A stretch of DNA of 64,000 nt, from assembly GCF_009914755.1 (NCBI RefSeq), contig NC_060925.1; one strand, 5' to 3'. Shown piece by piece: positions 1-15,179 of the stretch (position 1 is its first letter; each line of letters begins with the position of its first letter). This DNA is from the human T2T-CHM13v2.0 reference genome, Homo sapiens. The translations under genes and the position numbers were made by a program. Under the pieces are notes generated by a model. That model was given only the letters and a program-made list of their open reading frames with translations, made no database searches and had not been told where the DNA came from.

Positions 1-2168
1 GGATATGAAATTCTGGGTTGAAAATTCTTTAAGAATGTTGAATATTGGCCCCCTCTCTCTTCTGGCTTGTAGGGTTTCTGAAGAGATCCACTGTTAGTCT
101 GATGTGCTTCCCTTTGTAGGTAACCTGACCCTTCTCTCTGGCTGCCCTTAACATTTTTTTCTTTATTTCAACCTTGGTGAATCTGATGATTATGTGTCTT
201 GGGGTTGCTCTTCTTGAGGAGAATCTTAGTGGTGTTCTCTGTATTTCCTGAATTTGAATGTTGGCCTGTCTTGCTAGGTTGGGGAAGTTCTCCTGGATCA
301 TATCCTGAAGTGTGTTTTCCAGCTTGGTTCCATTCTCCCCATCACTTTCAGGTACACCAATCAATCATAGGTTTGGTCTTTTCACATAGTCCCATATCTC
401 TTGAAGGTTTTGTTCATTCCTTTTCATTCTTTTTTCTCTAATCTTGTCTTCATGCTTTATTTCATTCAGTTTATCTTCAATTTCTGATATCCTTCCTTCT
501 GCTTGATCAATTTGGCTATTGATACTTGTGTATGCTTCACAAAGTTCTCATGCTGTGTTTTTCAGCTCCATTAGGTCATTTATGTTGTTCTCTAAACTAG
601 TTATTCTAGTTAGCAGTTCCTGTAACTTTGTCAAGGTTCTTAGCTTCCTTGCATTGGGTTAGAACATGCTCCTTTAGCTCGGAGGAGTTTGTTATTACCC
701 ACCTTCTGAAGCCTACTTCTGTCAATTCGTCAAACTCATTCTGTGTCCAGTTTTGTGTCCTTGCTGGCAAGGAGTTGTGATCCTTTGGAGGAGAAAAGGC
801 ATTCTGGTTTTAGGAATTTTCAGCATTTTTGAGCTGATTTTTCCTCATCTTCATGGATTTATCTACCTTTGATCTTTGATGTTGAAGACCTTTGGATGGG
901 GTTTTTGCACGGGCGTCCTTTTTGTTGACGTTAATGTTATTGCTTTCTGTTTGTTAGTTTTCCTTCTAACAGTCAAGCCCCTCTTCTGCAGGTCTGTTAG
1001 AGATTGCTGGAGGTCCACTACAGACACTGTTTGCCTGGATATCCCCAGCAGAGGCTACAGAACAGCAAAGATTCCTGCCTGCCCCTTCCTCTTGAAGGTT
1101 TGTTCCAGAGGGACACCTGCCAGATGCCAGCCAGAGCTCTCCTGTATGAGATATGTGTTGATCCCTGCTGGGAGGTGTCTCCAGTCAGGAGGCATGAGGG
1201 TCAGGGAACTACTTGAGGAGGCAGTCTGTCCCTTAGCAGAGCTCAAGTCCTATGCTGGGAGATCTGCTGCTCTCTTCAGAGCCAGCAGGCAGCAATGTTT
1301 AAGTCTGCTGAAGCTGCGCCCACAGCCGCCCCTTCACCCAGGTGCTCTGTCTCAGGGAGAAGGGAGTTTTATCTATAAGCCCCTGACTGGGTCTGCTGCC
1401 TTTCTTTCAGATATGCCCTGCCCAGTGAGGAGGAATGTAGAGAGGCAGTCTGGCCACAGCGGCTTTGCCATGCTGCAGTTAGTCTTGCCCAGTCCGAAAT
1501 TCCTGGCAGCTTTGTTTATACTGTGAGGGGAAAACCACCTATTCAAGCCTCAGTAATGGCAGGTGCCCTTCCCCCAATGAAGTCGTATCATCCAAGGTCG
1601 ACTTCAGACTGCTGTGCTGACAGCGAGAATTTCAAGCGAGTGGATCTTAGCTTGCTGGGCTCCATAGGGGTGCCACCAGTTGAGCAAGACCACTTGGCTC
1701 CCTGGCTTCAGTCCCCTTTCCAGGGGAGTGAACAGTTCTGTCTTGCTGGGGTTCCAGGTACCACTGGGGTATGGAAAAAAAATCTCCTGCAGCTAGCTCA
1801 GTGTCTGCCCAAACAGCCACCCAGTTTTGTGCTTGAAACCCAGGGCCCTAGCTGTACAGGCACCCGAGGGAATCTCCTGGTCTGTGGGATGTAGAAACTA
1901 TGGGAAAAGTGTAGTATCTGGGCCACAGAGCACAGTCCCTCATGACTTCCCTTGGCTAGGGGAGGAAGTTCTCCAGCCCCTTGTGCTTCCTGGGTGAGGC
2001 AATGCCTCCTGCTCCCCCTCCATGGGCTGTACCCACTGTCTAACCAATCCCAATGAGAGGAACAAGGTACCTCTGTTGGAAATGCAGAAATCACCTGCCT
2101 TCTGCATTGGTCTCACTGGGAGCTGCAGACCGGAGCTGTTCTTCTTCAGCCATCTTGCCCGCTCATCT
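1..2168 (-). mobile_element. L1PA (about L1PA7/8-like) 5'UTR plus disrupted ORF1
   Basis: 5' end GGGCAAGATGGCTGAA with YY1 core CAAGATGGC; ORF1p fragment MIGVPESDGENGTKLENTLQD at 29-364. Confidence 0.9.
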
Positions 2169-2309
2169 CTAAAATTACTTTCTTGATTACTTTTTTTTCC
2201 GTAAATATTAGCTGCTTTTCCATTTATTTAGATCTTTTATTTCTTTCAAAAAAAATTTTAACTTTACAGTGGATAAATCTTAAAATTCTTTTGTTTTGCT
2301 GTTGTTGTT

Positions 2310-3091
2310 TACTTTTATTTTAGATACAGGGGTACATTTGCATGTTTGTTATATAGGCAAATTTGAGAATATGTAGTATTTGGTATTCCTGGTCCTGTGT
2401 TAGTTTGCTTACAATAATGGCCTCCAACTCCCTCCATGTTGCTACAAAGGACATAATATTGTTCTTTTACATGGCTGTGTAGCATACCATGCTGTACATG
2501 CATCACATTTTCTTTATCTAGTCTACCGTTGGTGGACATCTAGGTTGATTCCATATATCTGCAATTGTGAATAGTGCTGCAACAAACATATGCATGCATG
2601 TGTCTTTATGGCAGAATGATTTCTATTCCTTTGGATATGTATGAATCCATTATTACATTGCTATAAAGAAATACCTGAGACTGGGTGATTTATAAAGAAA
2701 AGAAGTTTAATTGACTCATAGTTCTGCAGGGCAACATAGGAAGCATGATTCTGCCATCTGTTCAGCTTCTGAAGAGGCCTCAGGAAACTTACATTCATGG
2801 GAGAAGACAAAGGGGGAGCAAGGCATCTTACATAGCAGGAGAAAAGCAAGATAGAGAAGGGGAGGTGCTACACACTTTTAAACAAGCACATTGCACAATA
2901 ACTCACTCTCTGTCATGAGAACAGCACCAAGAAGATGGTGCTAAACCATTCACAAGGCATAAACTCTCATGATCCAATCACCTTGCACCAGACCCCACCT
3001 CCAACACTGGGGATTAAAATCAAACATGAGATTTGGGCAGGGACAGAGATTCAAACCATATCAGGGTATATATCTAATAATAGGATTGCTG
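2310..3091 (-). mobile_element. 3' end fragment of an older L1 (L1PA15/16-like), split by the MaLR LTR; duplicated copy of 22199-22980
   Basis: L1 3'UTR motifs; TTCCTTTGG...GGGTATATATCTAATAATAGGATTGCTGG is continuous across the LTR. Confidence 0.8.
2638..3063 (-). mobile_element. MaLR solo LTR (MST/THE1 type)
   Basis: Minus strand starts TGATATGGTTTG and ends in CA; ~425 bp; degenerate 5-bp TSD ggata/gggta. Confidence 0.88.
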
Positions 3092-5640
3092 GCAATAGAA
3101 GAAGAGGGAATCTTCCCTAACTCATTTTATGAGGCCAGCATCATCCAGATATCAAAGCCTGGCAGAGACACAACAACAAAAGAGAATTTTAGACCAATAT
3201 CCCTGATGAACATCGATGCAAAAATCCTCAATAAAATACTGGCAAACTCAACCCAGCAGCACATCAAAAAGCTTATCCACCATGATCAAGTGGGCTTCGT
3301 CCCTGGGTCACAAGGCTTCTTCAACATACGAAAATCAATACACGTAATCAAGCATATAAACAGAACCAAAGACAAAAACCACATGATTATCTCAATAGAT
3401 GCAGAAAAGACCTTTGACAAAATTCAACAGCCCTTCATGCTAAAAACTCTCAATAAATTAGGTATTGATGGGACATATCTCAAAATAATAAGAGCTATCT
3501 ATGACAAACCCACAGCCAATATCATACTGAATGGACAAAAACTGGAAGCATTCTCTTTGAAAACTGGCACAAGACAGAGATGCCCTCTCTCACCACTCCT
3601 ATTCAACATAGTGTTGGAAGTTCTGGCCAGGGCAATCAGGCAGGAGAAAGAAATAAAGGGCATTCAATTACGAAAAGAGAAAGCCAATTGTCCCTGTTTG
3701 CAGATGACATGATTGTATATTTAGAAAACCCCATCGTCTCAGCCCAAAATCTCCTTAAGCTGATAGGCAACTTCAGCAAAGTCTCAGGATACAAAATCAA
3801 TGTGCAAAAATCACAAGCATTCTTATACACCAATAACAGACAAACAGTCAAATCATGAGTGAACTCCCATTCACAATTGCTTCAAAGAGAATAAAATACC
3901 TAGGAATCCAACTAACAAGGGATGTGAAGGACTTCTTCAAGGAGAACTACAAACCACTGCTCAGTGAAATAAAAGAGGATACAAACAAATGGAAGAACAT
4001 TCCATGCTCATGGGTAGGAGGAATCAATATCATGAAAATGGCCATACTGCACAAGGTAATTTATAGATTCAATGCCATCCCCATCAAGCTGCCAATGACT
4101 TTCTTCACAGAATTGGAAAAAACTACTTTAAAGTTCATATGGAACCAAAAAAGAACCTGCATTACCAACACAATACTAAGCAAAAAGAAGAAAGCTGGAG
4201 GCATCATGCTACCTGACTTCAAACTATACTACAAGGCTACAGTAACCAAAACAGCATGGTACTGGTACCAAAACAGAGATATAGACCAATAGAACAGAAC
4301 AGAGTCCTCAGAAATAAGACCACACATCTATAACCATCTGATCTTTGACAAACCTGACAAAAATAAGCACTGGGGAAAGGACTCCCTATTTAATAAATGG
4401 TGCTGGGAAAACTGGCTAGCCATATGTAGAAAGCTGAAACCGGATCCCTTCCTTACACCTTATACAAAAATTAATTCCGATGGATTAAAGACTTACATGT
4501 TAGACCTAAAACCATAAAGACTCTAGAAGAAAACCCAGGCAATACCATTCAGGACATAGGCATGGGCAAGGACTTCATGTCTAAAACAGCAAAAGCAAAG
4601 GGAACAAAAGCCAAAATTGACAAATGGGATCTAATTAAACTAAAGTGCTTCTGCACAGGAAAAGAAACTACCATCAGAGTGAACAGGCAACCTATAGAAT
4701 GGGAGAAAATTTTTGCAACCTACTCCTCTGACAAAGGGCTAATATACAGAATCTACAAAGAACTCAAACAAATTTACAAGAAAAAAACAAAGAACCCCAT
4801 CAAAAAGTGAGCGAAGGATATGAACAGACACTTCTCAAAAGAAGACATTTATGCAGCCAAAAAACACATGAAAAAATGCTCATCATCAGTGGCCATCAGA
4901 GAAATGCAAATCAAAACAATGAGACACCATCTCACACCAGTTAGAATGGCGATCATTAAAAAGTCAGGAAACAACAGGTGCTGGAGAGGATGTGGAGAAA
5001 TAGGAACACTTTTACACTGTTGGTGGGACTGTAAACTAGTTCAACCCTTGTGGAAGTCAGTGTGGCGATTCCTGAAGGATCTAGAACTAGAAATACCATT
5101 TGACCCAGCCATCCCATTACTGGGTATATACCCAAAGGATTATAAGTCATGCTGCTATAAAGACACATGCTCACGTATGTTTATTGCGACACTATTCACA
5201 ATAGCAAAGACTTGGAACCAACCCAAATGTCCAACAATGATAGACTGGATTAAGAAAATGTGGCACATATACACCGTGGAATACTATGCAGCCATAAAAA
5301 GTGATGAGTTCATGTCCTTTGTAGGGACATGGATGAAGCTGGAAACCATCATTGTCAGCAAAGTATCTCAAGGACAAAAAGCCAAACACCGCATGTTCTC
5401 ACGCATAGGTCGGAATCGACCAATGAGAACACATGGACACAGGAAGGGGAACATCACACACTGGGGCCTATTGGGTGGGGGGAGGGGGGAGGGATAGCAT
5501 TAGGAGATATACCTAATGCTAAATGACGAGTTAATGGGTGCAGCACAGCAACATGGCACATGTATACATATGTAACAAACCTGCACGTTGTGCACATGTA
5601 CCCTAAAACTTAAAGTATAATAATAATAATAAATCATAAA
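3092..5640 (+). mobile_element. 5'-truncated L1PA (ORF2 RT/C-terminus plus 3'UTR), disrupted and apparently mosaic
   Basis: ORF2p fragments ([39 protein letters not shown]); 3' end CCCTAAAACTTAAAGTATAATAAT. Confidence 0.95.
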
Positions 5641-5689
5641 AGAAATGATAAGTAAAACACAGTAAAAGTAAAAGAAAGTTTAATTCCTT

Positions 5690-7750
<2,061 letters not shown>

Positions 7751-7759
7751 CTATGGTAG

Positions 7760-8190
7760 TAGCAAGAAAAGAGATAATACAGATTAGAGCAAAAATGAAT
7801 GCAGTTGATGCAAAAAAAAAAAGTATGAAAGATCAACACAATGAGAAGTGGATTTTTTGAAAGGGTAATAAAAATTGACATAGCCAGAATAAATAAGAAA
7901 AAAGAAAGAAGACCTAAAAAAAATAAAATCAGAGATGAAAAGAAGACATTGCAACTGATACTGTGGAAATTCAAGGATCATTAGAGACTACTATGAGCAA
8001 CTATGTGCCAATAAATCAGAAAAGCTATAAGAAATGGATAAATTCCTAGATGTATACAACCTGTCAAAATTGAACCATGAATAAATAAAAAACCTGAATA
8101 AATAACAAGTAACAAGATTGAAGCTGTAATAAAAAGCCTTGCAGCAATAAAAATCCCAGGCCTCGATGGCTTCACTACTCAATTTTACAA
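7760..8190 (+). mobile_element. Old L1 ORF2 fragment
   Basis: GAAATGGATAAATTCCTAGA, AAAATCCCAGG...GATGGCTTCACT motifs. Confidence 0.75.
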
Positions 8191-8718
8191 AGTTGGGGGC
8201 CTGGCACCACCCCACCAGAGTTACAGCACACAGACTAGGAGTGCTGAGCTAAGCCTCAGCTTTCTAAAATTTTCCAGAAATGAACCCAGTCAATTGAACT
8301 CACCTTATACCACAGTCAAACCCCCAAGGGCATCAAAGAAGATACCACCCCCCAAAAAAGACCCAAAGGACAACTTCGAAGATTGAAGGAACATCAGCCC
8401 ACACAGATGAGAAAGAACCTGTGCAATAACTCTGGCAACTCAAAAAGTCAGAGTGTCTTTCTACCTCCAAATGACTGCACTAGTTCCCCAGCAATTGTTC
8501 TTAGCCCATGCTGGAATGGCTGAAGTGACAGAAATACAATTCAGAATATTCATAGGAATGAAGATCATCAATATTCAGGAAAAAGTTGAAACACAATCTA
8601 AGGAATCTAAGGAATACAATAAAATAATACAGCATATGAAAGACAAAATGGCCATTTTAAAAAAGAATCAACTGATCTGATGGAGCTGAAAAACTCACTT
8701 CAAGAATATCATAATACA

Positions 8719-11700
8719 GGAGTGTGGAGGATCATGGTGGATGGGAGGCAGGACAAGATTGCAGCTCCAGACAAAGCAAGACCTGGAGGCTTGCATTGTG
8801 AATTTTAGCTCCAGATCGATTGAAAGAACAAACCACCAATCCTGAGAGGACCCACAGACCCTCTGAAGGAAGTGGACTGCTCCTGCAGAACCTGGGAGAT
8901 ACCCCAAATACTGTGAGTGCCCCAACTGTGGAAGTGGGAAAGGGAGACCCTCCTATCCCAAACACACACCCCAACTAGAAAAGCTGAAAGTCTGTTTGCG
9001 GGAGAAGTTTCTGACTTTACCTGGAGCTGAGCCAAGTTAAGAGAGCTGAGCAAAATACAGGGGTAGAGGAAGCATCAGAAAGGCCCTGGGAGCTCACTGG
9101 GTCCCCAAGCAGCCCATTACTGCCTGGCACCACAAGGATCCATTGGGAGGGTGGCCAGAGGAGCAGGGGGTAAAACTCCACAGGGAGAAACAATTCTCTA
9201 GCCAAACTTTGTAACAATTTGAATGGACCAAGAAGTTTCCTGGCCAGAATTCAGGTGAGGGTGCAAATCTGGCATGCAGACTTCACCAGCTGGGGAAGAA
9301 TTGAAGCCCTTTTCTCTTGCAGCTATGAAGCGGATAGCCTTGGGCAAGTTTTCAAGCCCCTCTTGCCTTCCACCTGGAAACAGCCTCAGGGCAGTTGGGG
9401 AGGGCACAGTGGAAGTGAGACCAGCCCTTTGGATTCTGTGGGAGCTGGGTGAGGCCTGCGACTGCCGGCCTTCCCCGACTTTCCTGACAACCTGTATGAC
9501 TCAGCAGAGGCAGCCATGATCCTCCTAGGTAGGTACGCAACTCCAGTGACCTGGGAATCTCACATGTACCCCTGACAGCAGCCACAGCAAGGCCCACCCA
9601 AGGAGATTCTGAGCTCAGGCATGCCTAGCCCTGCCCCCAACCTGATGGTCCTTCCCTGTCCACCCTGGTAGCAGAAGACAAAGGGCATGTAATATTGGGA
9701 GTTTTAGGGCCTTGCCCACTGCCCGTTCCTCTCCACACACTACAGCTGATGCTTTCTGGAAAGCACCACCTCCTGGCAGGAGGCCAACCAGCACAAAAAT
9801 AGAGCATTAAAACACCAATGCTAAAGGCCTTCACAGAGTCCATTGCACCCTCCAACACCTCCACTGGAACAGTTGCTGGTAACCATGCTGAGAGACCCAT
9901 AGACGATTCACATCACAGGACTCTGTGCAGACAACCCCCAATACCAGCTAGGAGCTGGGTAGACTCACTGGGTAGACCCAGAAGAGAGACAATATCACTG
10001 CAGTTTGGCTCACAGGAAGCCATATCCATAGGAAAAGGGGGAGAGTAGTACATTGAGGGAACAACCCATGGGACAAAATAATCTGAACAATAGCCTTCAG
10101 CCTTAGACCTTTCGTCCAGTAGAGCCTGCCCAAATGAGAAGGAACCAGAAAACCAACTATGGTAATATAACAAAACAAGGCTCTTCAACGCACCCCCAAA
10201 AAATCACAGTAGTTCACCAGTAATAGATCCAAACAAAGGAGAAATTCCTGATTTGTCTGAAAAAGAATTCAGGAGTTTAGTTATTAAGCTAATCAGGGAG
10301 GGACCAGAGAAAGGTGAAGTGCAATGCAAAGAAATCCAAAAAATGATATAAGAAGTGAAAGGAAAAATACTCATTTAATTAGATAGGTTAAATAAAAAAC
10401 AGTCAAATATTCAGGAAACATTGGACAAACTTTTAAAAATGTGAAATACTTTGGGAAGTCTCAGCAATAGAATTGAACAAATAGAAGAAAGAAATTCAGA
10501 GCTTGAAGACAAGATCTTCAAATTAACCCAATCCAACAAAGACAAAGAAAAAAGAATAAGAAAGTATGAACAAAACCTCCAAGAATCTGGGTTTATGTTA
10601 AATGACCAAACCTAAAAATAATTGGTGTTCCTGAAGAAGAAGAGAATTCTAAAAACTTAGAAAACATATTTGGGGGAAAAATCAAGGAAAAATTCCCTCG
10701 CCTAGCTACAGAGGTAGACATCCAAATACAAGAAGCACAAAGGACACCTGGGAATTCATTGCAAAAAGATCTTCACCTAGAGAGATTGTCGTCAGATTAT
10801 CCAGAGTTAAGACGAAGGAAAGAATCAGGATCTGTGAGACAAAAGCACCAGGTAATCTATACAGGAAAACCTATCAGATTAATAGCAGATTTCTCAGAAG
10901 AAACTCTACAAGCTAGAAGGGATTGGGGCCCTATCTTCAGCCTCCTCAAACAAAACAATTATCAGCCAAGAATTGTGTATCCAGTGAAACTAAGCCTCAT
11001 ATACGAAGGGGAAGATGCAGTCGTTTTCAGACAAACAAATGCTGAGAGAATTCGCCATTGCCAAGCCGCCACCACAAGAACTGCTGAAAAGAGCTCTAAA
11101 TCTTGACATGAATCCTGGAAACCCATCAAAATAAAACTTCTTTAAGCCATAAATCACACAGGACCTGTAAAACAAAAATACAAGCTAAAAAGGAAAAGCA
11201 AAACACAAACAAAAAAACCCCAAAGTACACAGGCAACAAAGAGCATTTTGAATGCAATGGTACCTCACATTTCAGTAATAACATTGAATGTAAATGGCCT
11301 AAATGCTCCACTTAAAAGATACAGAACTGCAGAATGGATAAGAACTCACCAACCAACTATCTGCAGCCTTCAGGAGACTCACCTAACACATAAGTACTCA
11401 CATGAACCTAAAGTAAAGGGGTAGAAAAAGGCATTTCATGCAAATGGAGACCAAAAGTGAGCAGGGGTAGCTATTCTTATATCAGACAAAACAAACTTTA
11501 AAGCAACAGCAGTTAAAAGCAACAAAGAGGGACAGTATATAATGGCAAAAGGCCTAGTCCAACAGGAAAATATCACAGTACTAAACATATATGCACCTAA
11601 CACTGGAGCTCCCAAATTTATAAAACTATTACTAATGGGCCTAAGAAATGAGAGACAGCAACACAATGATAGTGAGGGATTTCAATATTCCACTAGAGAG

Positions 11701-14700
11701 GTCATTAAAACAGAATGTCAACAAAGAAACATTGGATTTCAACTATACCTTGGAACCAATAGAATTAACAGATATATACAGAACATTTCATCCAACAACC
11801 CACAAAATACACATTCTATTCAACAGTATATGGAACTTTCTCAAAGATAGACCATATGATAGGCCATAACATGAGCCTCAATAAATTTTAAAAAATTGAA
11901 ATTATATCAAGCATACTCTGAGACCACAGTGGAATAAACCTGGAAATCAACTCCAAAAGGAACCTTCAAAACCGTGCAAATACATGGAAATTAAATAACC
12001 TGCTTCTGAATGAGCATTGGGTCAAAAACAAAATTGAGATGGAAATTAAAAAATTCTTCAAACTGAATGACAATAATGACACAACCTGTCAAAACCTCTA
12101 AAGAGCACAATCTAAGGTCACACCTCAAAGAACTAGAGAAACAAGAACAAACCAAACCCTAACCCAGCAGAAGAAAGGAAATAACCAAGGTCAGAGTAGA
12201 ACTAAATGAAATTGGCACAAACAAACAAAAAAATACAAAAGGTAAATGAAACAAAAAGCTGGCTCTGTGAGAGATAAATAAAATTGATAGACCATTAGCA
12301 AGATTAACCAAGAAAAGAAGAGAGAAAATCCAAATAACTTCACTGAGAAACAAAACAGGAGATATTACAACTGACACCTCTGAAATACAAAAGATTATTC
12401 AAGGCTATTATGAACACCTTTATGCACACAAACTAGAAAACCTAGAAGAGATGGATAAATTCCTTGAAAAACACTACCCTCCTAACTTAAATCTGGAAGA
12501 ATTAGATACCCTGAACAGACCAGTAACAAGCAGTGAGATTGAAATGGTAATTTAAAAATTATCAACAACAAAAAAATCCAGGACCAGATGGATTCATGCA
12601 GAATTCTACCTGACATTCAAAGAAGAATTGCTACCAATCCTTTTGACACTATTCCACAAGATAGAGAAATGGATAGCTTAAAGAAATAGACAAGAAAGAG
12701 GGAACCCTCCCTAAATCATTCTAAGAAGCCAGTGTCACCTTAATACCAATAACAGGAAAGGACACAACCAAAAAAGAAAACTACAGACTGATATCCTTGA
12801 TGAACATAGATGCTAAAGTCCTTCAGAAAATACTAGTTAACTGAATCCCACAACATATAAAAAAGGTAATCCACCATGATCAAGTGGGTTTCATACCAGG
12901 GATTCAGGGGTGGTTTAGCATACGCAAGTCAATAAATGTGATACACCACATAAACAGAATTTTTTTAAAAAATCACATGATCATCTCAGTAGATGGAGAA
13001 AAAACATTCGACAAAATCCAACATCCTTTTATGATTAAAACTCCCAGCACAATAGACATACAAGGGACATACCTTAACGTAGTAAAAGCCATCTATGACA
13101 GACCCACAGTCAACATAATACTGAATGGGGAAAAGATGAAAGCATTCCTGCTGAGAACTGGAACAAGACAAGGATGCCCACTCTCACCACTCCTCTTCAA
13201 CATAGTGCTGGAAGTCCTAGCCAGAGCAATCGGACAGGAGAAAGAAATAAAGGGCATCCAAATCAATAAAGAGGAAGTCAGACTGTCACTGTTTGCTGAT
13301 GATATGATCATTTACCTTGAAAACCCTAAGATTCCTCCAGAATGCTCCTAGAACTAATAAAAGAATTCAGCAAAGTTTCCAGATACAAGATTAATGTACG
13401 CAAATCAGTAGCTCTTCTATACACCAACAGTGACCAAGTGGAGAACCAAATCATGAACTCAACTCGTTTTACAATAGCTTCAAAAAAAGATAATACTTAG
13501 GAATATACCTATCCAAGGAGTCAAAAGACCTCTACAAGGAAAACTACAAAACACTGCTGAAAGAAATCATATATGACACAAACAAATGGAAACACATCCA
13601 TGCTCATGGATGGGTAGAATTAATATTGTGAAAATGTCCATACTGACAAAAGCAGTCTACAAATTCAATGCAATCCCCATCAAATATCCCATCATTCTTC
13701 ACATAATAAAGAATGAGCCCACAAAGCTAAAGCAAAACTAAGCAAAAAGAACCAATCTGGAGGCATACACTACCTGATTTCAAACTATACTATAAGGCCA
13801 TAGTCACCAAAACAGCATGGTACTGCTATAAAAATAGGCATATAGACCAATGGAACAGAATAGAGAACCCAGAAATAAACCCAAGTACTTACAGCCAACT
13901 GATCTTTGACAAAGCAAATAAACCATAAAGTGGGGAAAGGGCAGCCTTTTCAATGAATGATGCTGGCATAATTGGCTAGCCATATGTAGGAGAATTAAAC
14001 CGGATCCTCATCTCTCACATTATACAAAAATCAACTCAGGATAGATTAAAGACTTAAACCTAAGACCTGAAACTATAAAAATTCTAGAAGATAATAACAT
14101 TGGAAAAACCCTTCTAGACATTGCCTTAGTCAAGGATTTCATGACCAAGGACCCAAAAACAAATGCAATAAAAACAAAGATAAATAGCTGGGACCTAATT
14201 AAAGAGCTTTTACATGATAAAAGGAACATCAGCAGAGTAAAAAGACAACCCATAGTGTGGGAGAAAATCTTCACAACCTATACATCTGACAAAGGACTAA
14301 TATCCAGAATCTGCAATGAACTCAAACAAATCGTAAGAAAAAAATATCTCATCAAAAAGTGGGCTAAGGACATGAATAGAAAATTCTCAAAAGAAGATAT
14401 ACAAATGGCCAAGAAACATATAAAAAAAACTCAACATCACTAATGATCAGGGAAATGCAAATCAAAACCACAATGTGATACCATCTTACTCCTGCAAGAA
14501 TGGCCATAATCAAAAAATCAAAAAACAGTAGATGTTGGCATGAATGTGGTGAAGAGAGAGCACTTCTACACTACTGGTGGGAATGTAAACTAGAACACCC
14601 ACTATGAAAAACAGTGTGGAGATACCTTAAAGTAAAAGTAGAACTATGATTTGATTTAGCAATCCCACCACTGGGTATCTACCCAGAGGAAAAGAAGTTA

Positions 14701-15179
14701 TTATTTGAAAAAGACACTTGCACATGCATGTTTATAGCAGCACAATTCACAATTGCAAAATCGTGGAACCAACCCAAATGCCCATCAATCAATGAGTGGA
14801 TAAAGAAACTGTGGTATATATATATACATATGATGAAATACTATTCAGCCATAAAAACGAATGAATTGACAGCATTTGCAGTGACCTGGTTGAGACTGGA
14901 GACTATTACTGTAAGTGAAGTAACGCAGGAATGGAAAACCAAACATTGTATGTTCTCACTGATACGTGGGAGCTAAGCTATGAGGATGCAAAGACATAAG
15001 AATGATACAATGGACTTTGGGGACTTGGTGGGAAGAGTGTGAGGTGGGCAAGGGATAAAAGACTACAAATATGGTGCAGTGTTTACTGCTTTGGGTGCAC
15101 CAAAATCTCACAAATCACCACCAAAGAACGTACTCAGGTAACCAAATACCACCTGTACCCCAATAACTTATGGAAAAAA
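8719..15179 (+). mobile_element. Essentially full-length, decayed L1PB (L1PB1-like) nested in the host L1 ORF1
   Basis: Long 5'UTR, ORF1 and ORF2 fragments (10759-14976), 3' end AATACCACCTGTACCCCAATAACTTATGGAAAAA; degenerate TSD AAGAATATCATAATACA (8702-8718) / AAGAATATAATGCA (15178-15191). Confidence 0.88.

Larger units (their letters stand above)
1..5000. repeat. Left arm of a large inverted duplication (continues beyond the window start; inner end diffuse)
   Basis: Mirror-image ORFs with constant coordinate sum ~25290 (876/24414, 1523/23767, 2315/22975, 2969/22321); includes non-repeat spacer DNA and identical element junctions. Confidence 0.95.

Noticed and set aside
876-1526. 216-aa ORF duplicated exactly at 23764-24414
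   Set aside because: It lies antisense within the L1 5'UTR, starts at a non-ATG codon, and its identity is explained by the duplication, not by selection.
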